Source: Octopus sinensis
Taxonomy: Eukaryota
Reading direction: 5' to 3'
DNA length: 64,000 nucleotides
NCBI RefSeq assembly: GCF_006345805.1
Contig: NC_043017.1
Span: 5,642,001-5,706,000, forward strand
Positions within the stretch are counted from its first letter, which is position 1, and each line of letters begins with the position of its first letter. Position numbers and translations under genes: made by a program. The notes beneath the pieces were generated by a model, which made no database searches, was not told where the DNA came from, and saw only the letters and a list, made by a program, of their open reading frames with translations. Below, piece after piece: positions 1 to 14,787 of the stretch.

Positions 1-545
1 ATATAGGGAAAAGTTTAATTATAGAGGGGCTTGTACGGGGACTGGTCTAGAACTATCCAACTCGAGGCAAACATGGCCGGAAAGTGCGAGGAGCGAGGAA
101 AGGGGACAGAAAGAGCAATAGGCTCAGGTGGAGAGAAACATGTAGGGGATCATGGGACAAAAAAGGGTGTTGCAGAGGCAGAGAAGCTGTAGGGAGAGAG
201 CAGTGAAATAAACCGAGACAGTAGGTGAGTGCAGTAATAGCAGTGGCAGGACACACTGGAAATACATAAAAGGAAGGGCAAGAGCAGAGTGCAAACTCCA
301 CGAAAGCCCTTTATACGTGGGGAGGTAATGGAGGAGGGTATCGGAGGTGGGTAGGTGCAGTGGGGGAGAGAGAGGCTAAAAGGCATCATAGACGTGTAAG
401 GGCAGGTAGTAAGATAAAGGTAAGAGGAAGTGTTGGTGGGCATTAGAGGTAATTTAGAAGTTAACTTACGAGTGTGCTGTAGGGATGAAGATGGGAATGT
501 TATGGGAACATGAAGTAAATGCATACAAGGAATTTAGATCTACCT

Positions 546-576
<31 letters not shown>

Positions 577-814
577 TCCTATAAATACATTTAGCACTTC
601 GACTGTGTTTGTGTGTGTATGAGAGTTAGATGCAAAATCATTTTATGCCTTATGTTAGTTTTATAGGTAAGTACAAAAACTATGTAGGATTAATAAATCT
701 GGACATTACGTGTTGTGTCACTTATGACAGAAACCTATATAGCTCTGTGTAAACACATGCTGTTATCAAGATAAACACACATATCAATATCTAATAGGCA
801 CCTCAGACTCGTTG

Positions 815-862
<48 letters not shown>

Positions 863-1100
863 GCTGTGAGGCTGCATAGGTGACTGCAAGGTCTTATATA
901 TTCGTACCAAAGCATTTGTTAAACCTTTTTTTTCTTCATCAAGTCAGAGTGTGGGTTACTTCAGAATGGGGGCCTAAGTAACAGTGAATAAAACGTGCAA
1001 TAAAGGCTTAATTAAAACTCTTTTTGAACACACACACACACACACACTATCCTTTGTCCGTTCATGTTGAGATATTTATTTTTCGTTACGAAATTCGAAG

Positions 1101-1159
1101 TGTGGTGCTGAAGAGTGTTTCGCTCAAGCGTTTAACGAAACTAATATTAGCTACATAAC
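1101..1159 (+). ncRNA. Minimal type-I hammerhead ribozyme-like motif (probably inactivated)
   Basis: CTGAAGA (1108-1114), G10.1-C11.1 closing stem II, GAAA (1137-1140), stem III CTA/TAG within palindrome CTAATATTAG, stem I GTGGTG/CATAAC; one extra C interrupts the cleavage triplet. Confidence 0.35.
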
Positions 1160-1285
1160 TGATAAACTGCACACACACACACGTGTGTATATTTACATGT
1201 ATGTATATATATGTATGTGTGTATATGTACATATACACACACTTGTGTATAAACACACACACACACACACATATATATAATATAG

Positions 1286-1322
<37 letters not shown>

Positions 1323-1852
1323 ACGGACGCGTGCGAGTTATACGGCAGTCACCCGAAGTTATTTGGTTACAATAAAGAATAGATATAAAGCAACCAACTA
1401 CAATACAACGCTAGTTGAATGAGAGGGAGGGAACAAGATCATAATCGTACGAGAGTACCCGAAATTGTTAATCCACCCGGAGGTCAAAATGGACACGAAT
1501 GCATTCGTCTGGTAACTTACAAAGCTAAGTGCCTATGTCTGTGGGCAGGTGTCTGTTGCCCACACTTACACACTGTATTACATATCGGTTGTCTGTACAA
1601 CTAAACACACACAGTGTACATATATATATATATTTCATCAAACACAAAATATACATATACACACACATAAATATACATAATTAAGTGCACAAATATATAT
1701 ATATATATATATATATCTACACATACATGCGTATATAAAAACACACTATATACTTACATATGTACACATATACACACAACCATACACGTGTGTGTGCGTG
1801 TACAACATATATACATAAATATATATTCAAATAAACATAAATTTCTCTCTCC

Positions 1853-1900
<48 letters not shown>

Positions 1901-2628
1901 CACACATACACAAAGACTAAATTATTCTAAGCCTATCGACAGACAATGAATGATTTTAAATGACAAGTGTAAATTAGAATAATGCATAAACTGGTTCTAT
2001 AATTCGTTGAAAAACAAACTTTAAACAGAAGTTTAATTCATGGCACCTCTGTATAACCGGAGACACCAGCTTTTTAGGGGAAAAAATAATTAAAAAAAAA
2101 AACTACCGAATTATACAGAACAGTGAAGAGAATGTGTTTATGTGTATTAGGCGTAGTAATGTGTGTGTAACAGTTTATTTATCGAATACTCGTATCAAGG
2201 AAAATAGCTTTCCGCACTCACTGAGTTTTTTGATGATACTAAGTGATACTATAATATTTTCTATGTATACTAAGGGACCAACTTGGTTAACCACACTAGT
2301 GGTGATTTAGTTATTGTTCTATCAACATTATTTATATTTCAATTAAAAGAAATTCAGAAGAATTGTTTCAAATCCACCTATATATATATCAAACCCCCAC
2401 CCAGACACACACATAAATCACAACCTCTGTCAACATTACATTGAAATTTGAGCCACTCCATTCTCCCGAACACAGATATAACTTTTCTGTCCATCTGTTG
2501 GTTATATATTCTCTTTAACTTCCTTTTTAACGATTTCACCAACTTTCTCTAACCGTTTTCCCAATCAACTTTTCTCGTCAAGTTTGCATAAAGCATCCTG
2601 GCCAAACTTTGAAGTATCTGTCAACTAT

Positions 2629-2740
<112 letters not shown>

Positions 2741-2793
2741 TAGTTAGGGTGGTGGACACATGATCATAAGATTATTCTAACTATCTCTCCCTC

Positions 2794-2826
<33 letters not shown>

Positions 2827-3089
2827 ACAGAGGGAGCTTGATCAAGTCAACATCAAAAAAGTATTTGTGAAAATGTTTTGACCCTCCGCCTCTCCATCTT
2901 TGAGTTTAAGAAAACAATAGGCTTTTGTTTCTATATAATTCTAATTTCCTCACCATGGTGTTGGGCAAGTTTTAAAAAGCTCCACTTTTACATCCTCACA
3001 GCCCCTTCAAGGAAACAAACGAGCGTACACAATAAGAGGAATTTGGCATGTATGTACTGTGTGTGTGTGTATGTGTGTGCGCGAGAGGA

Positions 3090-3141
3090 GATAGATAGAT
3101 AGACAGACAGACAGATAGATAGATAGCTAGATAGACAGATG

Positions 3142-3227
<86 letters not shown>

Positions 3228-3260
3228 CAGACAGATGGATAGATAGCTAGATTGACAGAT

Positions 3261-3334
<74 letters not shown>

Positions 3335-3350
3335 CAGATGGATAGATAGA
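3090..3350. repeat. (GATA)n/(GACA)n tetranucleotide array
   Basis: Direct reading; source of the IYLS-repeat pseudo-ORFs. Confidence 0.95.
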
Positions 3351-3901
3351 TAAAACAGACACATAGACAGATAGAATAATCTTATGATCATAAATCCAAC
3401 ACCCTAACAACTAAACCAATGCACCTCCACATATGAATGTATATTTATACATATATACAAATATGTATGTGTATATTCATAGATAGAATAAAACCATGAG
3501 TGTTTGATGCAATAAAGTAACAGGATGGACAAAGCCAAGCCTAGTCGAGATTTTAAAATTATGAATGGGTTTATCTTAAACTTTAGAAAGTTCCCACTAC
3601 CATTTATATCTCGGCCCACATTTCTGTGTGCCATCCCCTTTTATGTAACACACACACGTATACAATATTAGTTTTTAAGTACTATTATCAATTCCTTATA
3701 GGCGGAATGAATGCTGATAAAATACCATTGAAATAATGGCTCGATCTTATTCTCTTGCCTAATACAAAATTGGTCAAAAAGCTCCTGATTCTACCATATG
3801 AAGAATGACTGACGCCGAGAATAGAGAGAAAGAACATCAAACAGTAACAAGTTTTAGAGAAAGTTGTACGTGCGCGTTTTTGAATGTGTGAGTATGCGTG
3901 C

Positions 3902-3934
<33 letters not shown>

Positions 3935-4143
3935 CCATGGCGATAATCAATCACTGTTTACCTGATATGTGTACACATATACACGACAGCACGCGCGCAC
4001 CTTATGCCAGACACGCGTGGTGTATGTGTATGTATATGTGTATCGGACACAGACGAACAGCGCAAGCATACGCACATGTATGCGTATATATATATATTTA
4101 GTGTGCGTGTGTGTGTGTCATACATACACGTATTTGTGGATTG

Positions 4144-4179
<36 letters not shown>

Positions 4180-5781
4180 TGTGTGTGTATGCTTGTATCT
4201 ATATGTAAGTATGTGCGTACAAAGGCAACATTAACCATTAAACAATATCAGCCCAAATTTAGGGTGCTATGGAGAAAGGTTTTTCCATAGTTTTTGTCAG
4301 CGCCTGATAGACCATGGCGCAACCGGTACATTATGAGATTTAATAAAACTTAGTAAAATATTGTTGAAAATGTACTTTTTTTTAAAATTCTTTGTTACAT
4401 TGTTTTTTAATAAATCAATTACTTGATCAGATAATTACAATTTAGTGTGAAATACAGAAAATTCAAAACAGGGTATTCAACACAGTTTATTCCACATAGA
4501 GCACTTCGTCATAAACTGTTGTTAAACAATGGATATGTCTGTGGGGTGGTCACTATTCTCAGGGTGTTATTAGGTTTATCAGCTTGCCCTAATTAGGCCT
4601 TCTGTAAACAAATATCTATGCATGTTCATATGTATACATACATGTATATATATATGTGTGTGTGTGTTTATGACTACAAAAGAAACCGTATTTGATACAT
4701 GTGTATAGGGAAGTACATGTACTGATATAATCCGCATAAAGACTAAAATATCGCACAATCGAGTTTCATACTCGGTATAATAGGGCAATCAATGGACGAT
4801 ATGATGACAGGCTATTTCATAAAGGACATATGTGTGTATATACACACACACACACACACACATGACCATTCTGTCTTCAGTGAATAACGTGTCATCGTCT
4901 GTTGATTGCTTTTATGTTGGGGTATGAAACACCGAGTACATTTTTTGGTTGTGAGTGTGTGTATGTATATATATATATACATGTGTGGGTGTGGTTATAT
5001 ATGTATATACAAGTGTATAATATACATGCTAATAGATATATACACACATCCATATAACTATATATATACACACACATGTATGTATATAGGTTTGTGTGTG
5101 TGTGTGTGTGTGTTGGTGTGCACTGCTTGTACCAAACAGTAAACAGATTTAGACATACGAGAGTTTATTGAAGTTGGTGTCATCTATACATTCCACGTGT
5201 ATTATCGTACCATATACATAATATATATATATATATATATATATTATACTGTCGTGAAGACACTGTTTTCATTCAGAATAGCTGAAAGTATTATCAACTT
5301 TACGTGACAATACGCTTCAGGGAAGCACATCAAGTTCACAACTTCACTAGAAAACCAAAGTTTTATGTCAGCGTGAAAAAGTAACCGCAATAAAAATAAA
5401 CACACGTACATATTACTATCACCAAACGTATGATATATATATATATATATACACACACATAAGATTCTTATTCGATTGTGCTTTAAACAGCGTCTATTTT
5501 GAAAGAAACGTTGAGGCGTTGTAGCCTTTCCAGATACCATAACACACGCACACACACATACACACACATGCACGCACACACACACACACATCTATAAAGA
5601 ATTACATGCCATGGAGTTAAGCTCTCGGTAAGTCAATGTTGTCAATCCGATTTCGATTCCCGCTATTTCATTTCTCTTCCGCTCAGCTAATGTCCTTGAG
5701 AGGAGGTATGAATGACAGTCACAGAATCGAATTTTTGTCCCTCTATCCCCACAAATTCTGAAGACTCTTAATGTATGTATG

Positions 5782-5813
<32 letters not shown>

Positions 5814-5949
5814 TATATATATACATATCGAATAGGAAAAAGAAACGCAGTCAATCACCTGTATATACAATATAAGAGAGTAAAGAATGTGACATATACT
5901 TATGAATACGTATACACACAAACCAAACATACACACACACACACAACAT

Positions 5950-5978
5950 ATATATATATATATATATACACACCACAC

Positions 5979-6022
<44 letters not shown>

Positions 6023-6110
6023 TATATATAATATATATATAATATATATATATATATATTATATATAATATATATATATATATTATATATATATATATAT
6101 ATATAATATA

Positions 6111-6175
<65 letters not shown>
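5950..6175. repeat. Interrupted (TA)n array
   Basis: Direct reading. Confidence 0.95.
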
Positions 6176-6178
<3 letters not shown>

Positions 6179-6577
6179 ACACATATACAAAACAGTTAGA
6201 AATAAAAACTGGTCAAAACATCACTTACTGAGCCCTTCCAAGCTTGCTTCTTTACCCATCCTGTTCATATCATCGGTGAAAACAGTGGAGGGACGGTCGT
6301 TGAACTTTTAATTTTTTTTCTATAGTTGTTGTTCTTGATGGTGTGTTTTGTAGAGGTGGAAGGGAAAAAGGTTGAAATGAATAATTTTGGTTTTGTGTTT
6401 GTAAATAACGCTATATATATAATATATATATATCGTTGCTTGAGTAAGAAATGGTAAATAACGCCAAACTCCTTCTTTCTTTCACTCACAGCTTCACAAT
6501 CCGCGTGTTAGTTTATATATACACGATGACAATTTGTATGAATACATAAACACTAATGTATATGCATATATATATAC

Positions 6578-6628
<51 letters not shown>

Positions 6629-7173
6629 CAAACACAAATATATATATATACTGTCCCTCCGTTGATTGGTATATTGTCGCTCGTTTGTTTATCTTTCTAT
6701 CTTTCTATATATATATATGTGTGTGTGTGTTCGTGTTTTTAATATAAAATATTTTGGAAAAAAATTAATATTCTAATAAGAATAACATTAATAATGATTT
6801 TTTTTTTCAGTTTTGTTGGGTACGTGTGAGAGGGGGGGTGTTGATATAAAAAAAAATAAAACTTAAAGAAAGTGATCTTTTTTTTCTTCTTTCCCCCTCC
6901 TGGTCTGGTCCGTCTGACCTGACCGTGTGAATTGTATACACTGAATGAGGATAGGGTGTCAGAGACGACGATGATGTCGGTTAATAGGAAGAGGGAGGAG
7001 ATGGAGTATGAGCAGGAGCAGCGGTGGTAGTAGGAGGAGGAGGAGGAAGAAGGTGGAGAAGGCAATAAGGGGAGGAGGAGGAGGAGGACGAGGAAGAGAA
7101 GGATGAGGTATATGAGAGTGAGCGTGAAGAACGAGGAAGAGGGGAGAGAGAGACAGAGAAAGAGAAACATATA

Positions 7174-7230
<57 letters not shown>

Positions 7231-8041
7231 ATATATAGATAACGAAGAGAGGTAGATAGATGGGTAAATGGATAGTTAGAGGGAGAGATAACTGTAGAGG
7301 TGTAATAGAAGTAGCAAGGGGCGTAAGTCAATACAGCAACAGAAGGAGAAGTGTAAAAGGGTGGTAGACACGGGAGAGAAAATATATATACATATATACA
7401 TACAAATATATATATAGTATGTGTGTGTGTGTATTCTATGTAAATAGATAGAGATATTCAGACTTATATATCTGCTCACATACATACACATAAAGATTAT
7501 ATGAATATATATATATGTATACACAAACACACACACACATACATGTATGTATGTAAAATATGTATATTTGTATGTATGATAAACTTTAAATTGAATTAGA
7601 CGCTACGCGCTCGAATCCAAAACTGCGTGTAAATAGATTCATGTGTGTGTGTGTGTATACATTTATATATGGATACACTTATAAATGTATAATGATACAT
7701 ATGTATATTCATATATATTTATTAAACATGTAAATACGTTTAGTACAAACAAAACAACTGCAACTCAAAACATGAATATATGTATGTATGTATATATATA
7801 TATATATATATATATAGGGGATAGGAGGGAGAAAGGGAGAGAGATGACAGCTGGAATTACAGTGACTCAAGGGTCGAGAGTTTCGCTTATGACTCTTGTC
7901 AAACTGTTCTATGCACGAAACTCCCCGTCCTTAACGCACTTTTTCATTTGTGTTGATTAAAAATAATGAATATACAGCGATAGATACTTATGTATTCATA
8001 TACACATACATACATAAATACATACATGCACATATATACAA

Positions 8042-8115
<74 letters not shown>

Positions 8116-8395
8116 AATATACAAATATATCTTTATAATATATATATATATATATATATACATATACATACACACATGTACTCAATATATTCATTCATAT
8201 ACATAATTATGCATATATGTGTGAATATATAATATATGATACATGTATGTATACACACTATATAAACCTACATACATACATGCATACATACAGACGCACG
8301 TTTGTATGTATATATAGATATCAGTGTGCAAATATAGATGTGTAGGGGTGATGTGGATGCAAGTATTTATAACTATATACAAACAAATGCTTCAG

Positions 8396-8580
8396 ATCAG
8401 CAGAATCGTTCAGAGCCCGAGGCAAAATACCTTGTAGTGGCTCTTTCAAATTTTTGAGTTCAAATTCAGCCGAAGTCAACTTTACCTTTCATCCTTCCAG
8501 AGAAATATATTGGGATTTATAGTACCGTTTAATCTACCCTACAACCATCGTACACAAATATCAGGCTTTGTGTGCGGGTT
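8396..8580 (+). mobile_element. SINE family B, diverged copy
   Basis: gcagaatcgtt...gagttcaaattcagccgaagtcaactttacctttcatcc matches other family B copies. Confidence 0.7.
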
Positions 8581-8695
8581 ACAAACAATTGTACAGAATA
8601 AACAAACATTAACTTCAGAAACTATTGAATTCGTTAAAGGTGAAAAATGTCTTAGAAGTTTCCTCAAAACTGGTTCTGGTTCATCGAATTCACAC

Positions 8696-8746
<51 letters not shown>

Positions 8747-8851
8747 CACACACATACAAGAGCGTGGATGATATAACTTCCTTTTTTTTGCTATTCGCCT
8801 TTCCAATATATACATCTCTCTCTTTCTCACACGCGTACGCGCGCACATACG

Positions 8852-8923
<72 letters not shown>

Positions 8924-9404
8924 ACGCAACTATTGACTGAAAGAGAAAGAGTCAATGTTATGTTTTTCTGTTTATTTACATCAACCGTTTTTGCCGTCCC
9001 GTTTGGGCATAGTTGTTATTAGTGTGAGATACTCTGTCCGAGGTATATAGAGGCTTTTGACAATCGAAATTAGCGAACAGGTTTCGGTTCATGGTTGTAT
9101 TTATTACATATATTCATTTAACATTCGTAAACACATCACAGTTTTATTTCCCACCTGTATCCCTTACAGAACTCTAAGGTCGTGTGCCTCAACAACAATC
9201 AATATTTTATGTGAGGTTGATTGTAGTAGTAGTAAAACAGTCGAAAATGATTGCACTGCGACTACAACCTTATCATTTACCCCAAACTACAATCAACAAC
9301 CACAACACATCAGACACCGCTCACTCCCCATATTCTTTGTTTCTTTCTCTTTCGGTCTCATATATATGTGTGTGTGTTTGCGCGCGCACACACACACACA
9401 CACA

Positions 9405-9851
<447 letters not shown>

Positions 9852-9980
9852 CTTGAAGCGTGCGTGTATGTACAGCATTTGTGCGTGTGTATCAGCTTCT
9901 GAACTGCTTGTTTCTACCGCCGTCAGCAAGAATCAAACACTTACTGTCAACGTTGCAATTGATGATGCGAGTTGAAATTA

Positions 9981-9981
<1 letters not shown>

Positions 9982-10048
<67 letters not shown>

Positions 10049-10305
10049 TTCTCTCCCTCTCTCTATCTATCTCTATACCCTCTCCCTCCCACTCCTCTCC
10101 CACCTGTCTCTCCCTCTCTCCCCTTTGTCTCTCTCCCTGTCAGTTTTCTCTTTCCCCGTCAGTTTCTCTCTCTCCCTCCCTCTCTCTCTCTTTCTCTCTC
10201 TCCCCATCTATCTATCTCTATCTCTCTATCTCTCTACCCTCTCCCTAACACTCCTCCCCCACTCGTCTCTCCCTCTCTCCCCGTCAGTCTCTCTCTCTCA
10301 ATTGT
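9982..10305. repeat. (CT)n and degenerate pyrimidine-rich repeat
   Basis: Direct reading. Confidence 0.9.
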
Positions 10306-10399
10306 GTTTCCGTCCCTTACTCAGTGAGGCTTACTCTCCCTTCATGTTCTTACAGATTATTTTGTAATGCATTATGTAGCCCTTCTGCGAAAAAGGAAT

Positions 10400-10572
10400 A
10401 AAGACCTTGTGTTATTTGTTCAGGCTGTTTACGTTCTAAGTTCAAATCCCACAAAAGTTTACTTTGATTTTCATCTCCCATCCCGGGGGTTCGATAGAAT
10501 TAAATACTTGTCTAGTACTGGTGTCGATGTAATCGACTATTCCCTCTACCTTGTCTTCAAAACTGCAAGGTC
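10400..10572 (+). mobile_element. SINE family B, diverged copy
   Basis: ttacgttctaagttcaaatccc...gggggttcgatagaattaaatac...tactggtgtcgatgtaatcgact. Confidence 0.7.
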
Positions 10573-10907
10573 CAAACAATCGGGCTGAGCCACAAAACGG
10601 AAAACGTCACTTTCTGATGTTTGTAGCCTGTTTCCCATAGGGTGATCTTCCGATCTGTGACATTAGCCTGAGATAAGGTTAATGAACTTTTCCATTTCTC
10701 TCCACGAGTCCTATGGCCCTTATAAACACTGATATTATCTCGGTCCTCAAATTTCACATATTGTGATTGGTCAGTTTGTCTGTGCTTGTCCTGCAGTTGT
10801 TTCTTTCGGATGTTTGTGTTACCTCGGTAGATATGCAACTTTGACCATTTTAATTCTTATCCTTATAATGATGTCAACGTTATTTTATCTCTCTCTATGG
10901 TTATGTG

Positions 10908-10939
<32 letters not shown>

Positions 10940-11147
10940 GTGTGTGTCTACAGATATGGGAATAGCTAACTTAATGGTAAAAGTGAGAGCATTTAGGTAA
11001 TAGAGAGAGAGGCAGAACATAGCTATCTGCGAGTACATGATGAGAGAGGAACTCTCTGTTACCACATTCTACCCATCTATTTATCTATCTATCAGACTCT
11101 CCTCTTTCTGTAGTTATCTTACTCTTTCACACATATTCTAAACATAC

Positions 11148-11221
<74 letters not shown>

Positions 11222-11717
11222 CATTCACTCTCTCTCTCTCATTTTATCTATCTATCTATCTCTATTTATCTGTCTATCTACATTCAAAACCTTAAATAAA
11301 TCTTCATCTTAATAATTACAATTGCGTCAGTGAGAATATTCTAAAATATGATAGTTGAACGAAGTTTGTCAATTACACTTTATCACCAGATTCGTTTAGA
11401 ACAAAGTTTCTGTTGTCTTCTTTTTTTCTTTATATATGTATATGGCAGTGCTTCTCAGACGGTACGCCTCAAGGAGTATACAGATGCATTAAGGATTTTA
11501 GAAAATATGACCTCAGCTTTTACATCATACTTATACTTGAATGTCTTGCAAAACTCGTAATTCATAATTTCTTTATACCTAAGTGTGATTTCTAAATCAA
11601 GATAGGCAACAGTTTCCTTCCCCCACCACTAAATTAATACATTGTTTTCCCCCTTTTTTTACTTATCCATAACTATTGATCCATGTATATATGTAATATG
11701 TGAATATGTGCATGTAT

Positions 11718-11787
11718 TTACGGGGACGTAAACACACCAGCATCGGTTGTCCAGCGATGGTGGGAGGACAATCATAGACACACAAAC

Positions 11788-11847
<60 letters not shown>

Positions 11848-11986
11848 GCCGGGCTTCTTTCAGTTTCGTCTACCAAATCCTCTCACAAGGCTGTAGTAGA
11901 AGATACTTGCACAATGTGCCACGCAAGGGACTGAACTCGGAACCATATGGTTGGTAAGCAAACTACTTACCACACAGCCAATCCTA
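11718..11986 (-). mobile_element. SINE family A, partial
   Basis: Reverse complement of tRNA-like head, CORE-like box and internal domain, with expanded (TA)n. Confidence 0.85.
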
Positions 11987-12105
11987 CACATTTATATATT
12001 TATATATACGCATTTATGTATTTATTGATATATTTATATAAACACACATATATGCACACACACATAAACTATATGTAAGTGGCTGAATGTATGCATTTAT
12101 GGATG

Positions 12106-12166
<61 letters not shown>

Positions 12167-13033
12167 ATGTGTGTGTGTGTATTCATGCATATATTTCTGT
12201 ATAAATGTTACACACGCACGCATGCATGCACGCACACACACACATATTTCTGTGCGTATACGAATGCACACACACACAAACACATATATATGTGTGTGTG
12301 TGTGTGTGCGTGTATGTACAAATAGTAAATAATTATATCCTTATATTCAGTGTTTCATGTCCTGTTTGAATAAGCTAAGATATTCATGCAATAGAAGAAC
12401 AGATAATGAAAACGCAGTCTATGTACAATGGGTTATGTATTGGCTCTGTATCAGTCTTAGTCAATGTGTACGTGTGTTCGCTTGTTTTTATTCCTTGTTT
12501 CACTGTCTGACCTCCAGTACTTGACACAGCTTTTGAACTGAAGAAATAATATGGCTGTGATAAGATGAGTATACCACCACACACACACAACACACACACA
12601 CACACACGCACGTACGTACACACACACACACACATACACACACACACACACACACATGCACACTCACATACTTAGATAAGTGACACACATACAGGTGACA
12701 CATAAACATCGTTTATATTTAGTGACACGATTTCACATTTGTTTATTTAAATGTATTGATTTCTTACCCAAGCACAAGGCCAGAAATGTTAAAATCCATA
12801 TGAAGCCAGGAATGTGAATATGTGGCGTGGATATCATTCTTAATGCTGCTATTATTATCAATGTAAAGTAAAACTGACTTTAGCTGAGAATCGAAACTGA
12901 AACTCTCATGTTGACAGAAACTTTTGATTTGTTTGTTGCTGTGCTTTAATGTTGGCTGCTTTAATTTATATTATCAGTGGTTCGTTGGGCCATTTAAGGT
13001 TTTGATGTTAAAAATTATGTGCAATAGATTGGT

Positions 13034-13437
13034 GGATCTTTTCGGTTTGACCGGCAGTTTTTAAATTAATTTCCATGTAGCTAAACACTTTTAAACTTCG
13101 TATACTGGTAGAATGTGTTTATAAAACATCTTTTTCTCTTGGCTTTATTGAGAAAATTCTATAGTTTGTAAGATATTTGTTGTTGTTTTTCTTCAATTTC
13201 TGCAATTTCAACCAATCAATGACGTCTATTGAGGTGAAAACATTCTGTGCCGTATGTCCCTCGTTTAAGAAATAGATTGGGTTTATTTACATTTCTGAAG
13301 AAAAAAAGATACCCTTCCCCCCACCCCTAACCCTAAAACAGATTGAAATGCAATAGATCGATACTAGGGTCATAATTATGGGCGACAATTTCATATGACA
13401 CCGATAGAAAAAACTGCCGTTCAAACCGAAAAGATCC
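13034..13437. mobile_element. 404-bp MITE with 28-bp TIRs
   Basis: GGATCTTTTCGGTTTGACCGGCAGTTTT vs reverse complement of AAAACTGCCGTTCAAACCGAAAAGATCC (27/28 identical); non-coding interior; no TSD seen. Confidence 0.85.
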
Positions 13438-13863
13438 GGATTTTAAAAATATCGAATGGCTAGGAAGACCCACCTGAGTAAGATAGGAATCAAGGGAGTT
13501 AAAAATGGTTGGGAACGACTGCATGTGGGTCGGTCAGTAGTGGCTCCAGCCGAAGTCATACTTTACCATCGGCAGCTGACCAGACAATCTGTAGGTGGTC
13601 GCTGGACAAGCAATGGAAAGTAGATAAAGCTCTGTAATGTAACAACCAAAAATTTCTAAAATAAATGATTAAATAAATAAAAAGGAAAAATAAAGATAAA
13701 ACGGGGAAAGACACATAGGATAACAGGAGTCCTAGATATCCTTAAAAAGTCGGCTTGGTCACAGTTGAAATACTATTGATAATAGGTCTACTAGATTAGG
13801 CTTGACCTGTGGGTAATCATCATTTGATGAAATATTAATGTAATGAGTGATAGGTGATCATTT

Positions 13864-14260
13864 CTTTTACTTGTTTCAGTCTGTAGATTGAAGCCATGCT
13901 GGAGCACCGCTTTAAAAAAATTAATTCGATCGAATTGACTCCAGTAATTAGTTTATTTTTTAAGCCTGGTACTTATTCTATCAACCTTTTTGCCGAACCG
14001 CTAGATTATAGGGGCGTAAACACACCAACACCTGTTGTCAAGCAGTGGTGAGGGTCAAACATATGCACAAAGACCCACACACAACACACACACATGATTG
14101 GCTTCTTTCAGTTTCTACTTTTCCCAAATCTACTCACAAGGTTTTGATCGGCCCGAGGCTATAGTAGAAAACACTTGCCCAAGGTGCCATTCGGTGGGAC
14201 TGAAACCAGAACCATGTGACTGGGAAGCAAACTTCTTACCACACAGCCACACTTGCACCT
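13864..14260 (-). mobile_element. SINE family A, near full length
   Basis: Head, CORE-like box, body and CR1-type tail all present on minus strand. Confidence 0.9.
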
Positions 14261-14394
14261 ATATAGTCGGAACGTTTTTCATCACAAGGCTATTGTGTGA
14301 AGCTTGACCTAATCCAACACAGTTACGATCAAATATTTCAACAGCACATTTTTAATAATTATTATTTCTAACATATGCACACGGCTATAAATTT

Positions 14395-14520
14395 AGGATA
14401 GGAGGGGTTAGTCGATCAAATCGCCCTTGGTACTTGGCTGGGCTGGCATTTCGTTTACTCAATCCCAGAGGGATGGAAAGGTCAAGGTGACTTCGTCAGG
14501 ATTTGAACTACGGACCTCAT
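14395..14520 (-). mobile_element. SINE family B, degraded
   Basis: gtcgatcaaatcg...ggtactt...gatggaaaggtcaaggtgacttcgtcaggatttgaact. Confidence 0.6.
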
Positions 14521-14624
14521 GATCGTAACTAAATGCCGAGGCTCTAATTTATAATAATGATTTGCTACAACAATAAAAATAATTAGAGGAAAATGAGATG
14601 GTTGATTAAATGTACCCTAGTATA

Positions 14625-14787
14625 TCGGTTTCAAATTTTGGCACAAGGTCAGAAATTTTGAGGAGGGAGTAAGTCGATTACATTGATCCCAGTGATCAAA
14701 TGGTACTTCTTTTATCGACCCCCGAGGGAATGAAAGGCAAATCGTCTTCCGCGGAATCTGAATTCAGAACGTGAAAGCGAACAAAAT
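14625..14787 (-). mobile_element. SINE family B (Ba tail), lacking 5' start
   Basis: tttcaaattttggcacaagg tail; ttatcgacccc...aaaggcaaa body. Confidence 0.8.

Noticed and set aside
1-530. Purine-rich stretch with two minus-strand ORFs
   Set aside because: ORFs reflect low-complexity composition; no recognisable domain or element ends
5687-5705. Possible 19-nt microexon (ttctcttccgctcAG...GTATGA)
   Set aside because: Splice-like sites alone, with no peptide recognition or partner exons
10557-10838. 93-aa minus ORF with an Ig-like sounding SSLTLSQANVTD
   Set aside because: Lacks the conserved Cys/Trp and DxGxYxC pattern; no convincing splice sites
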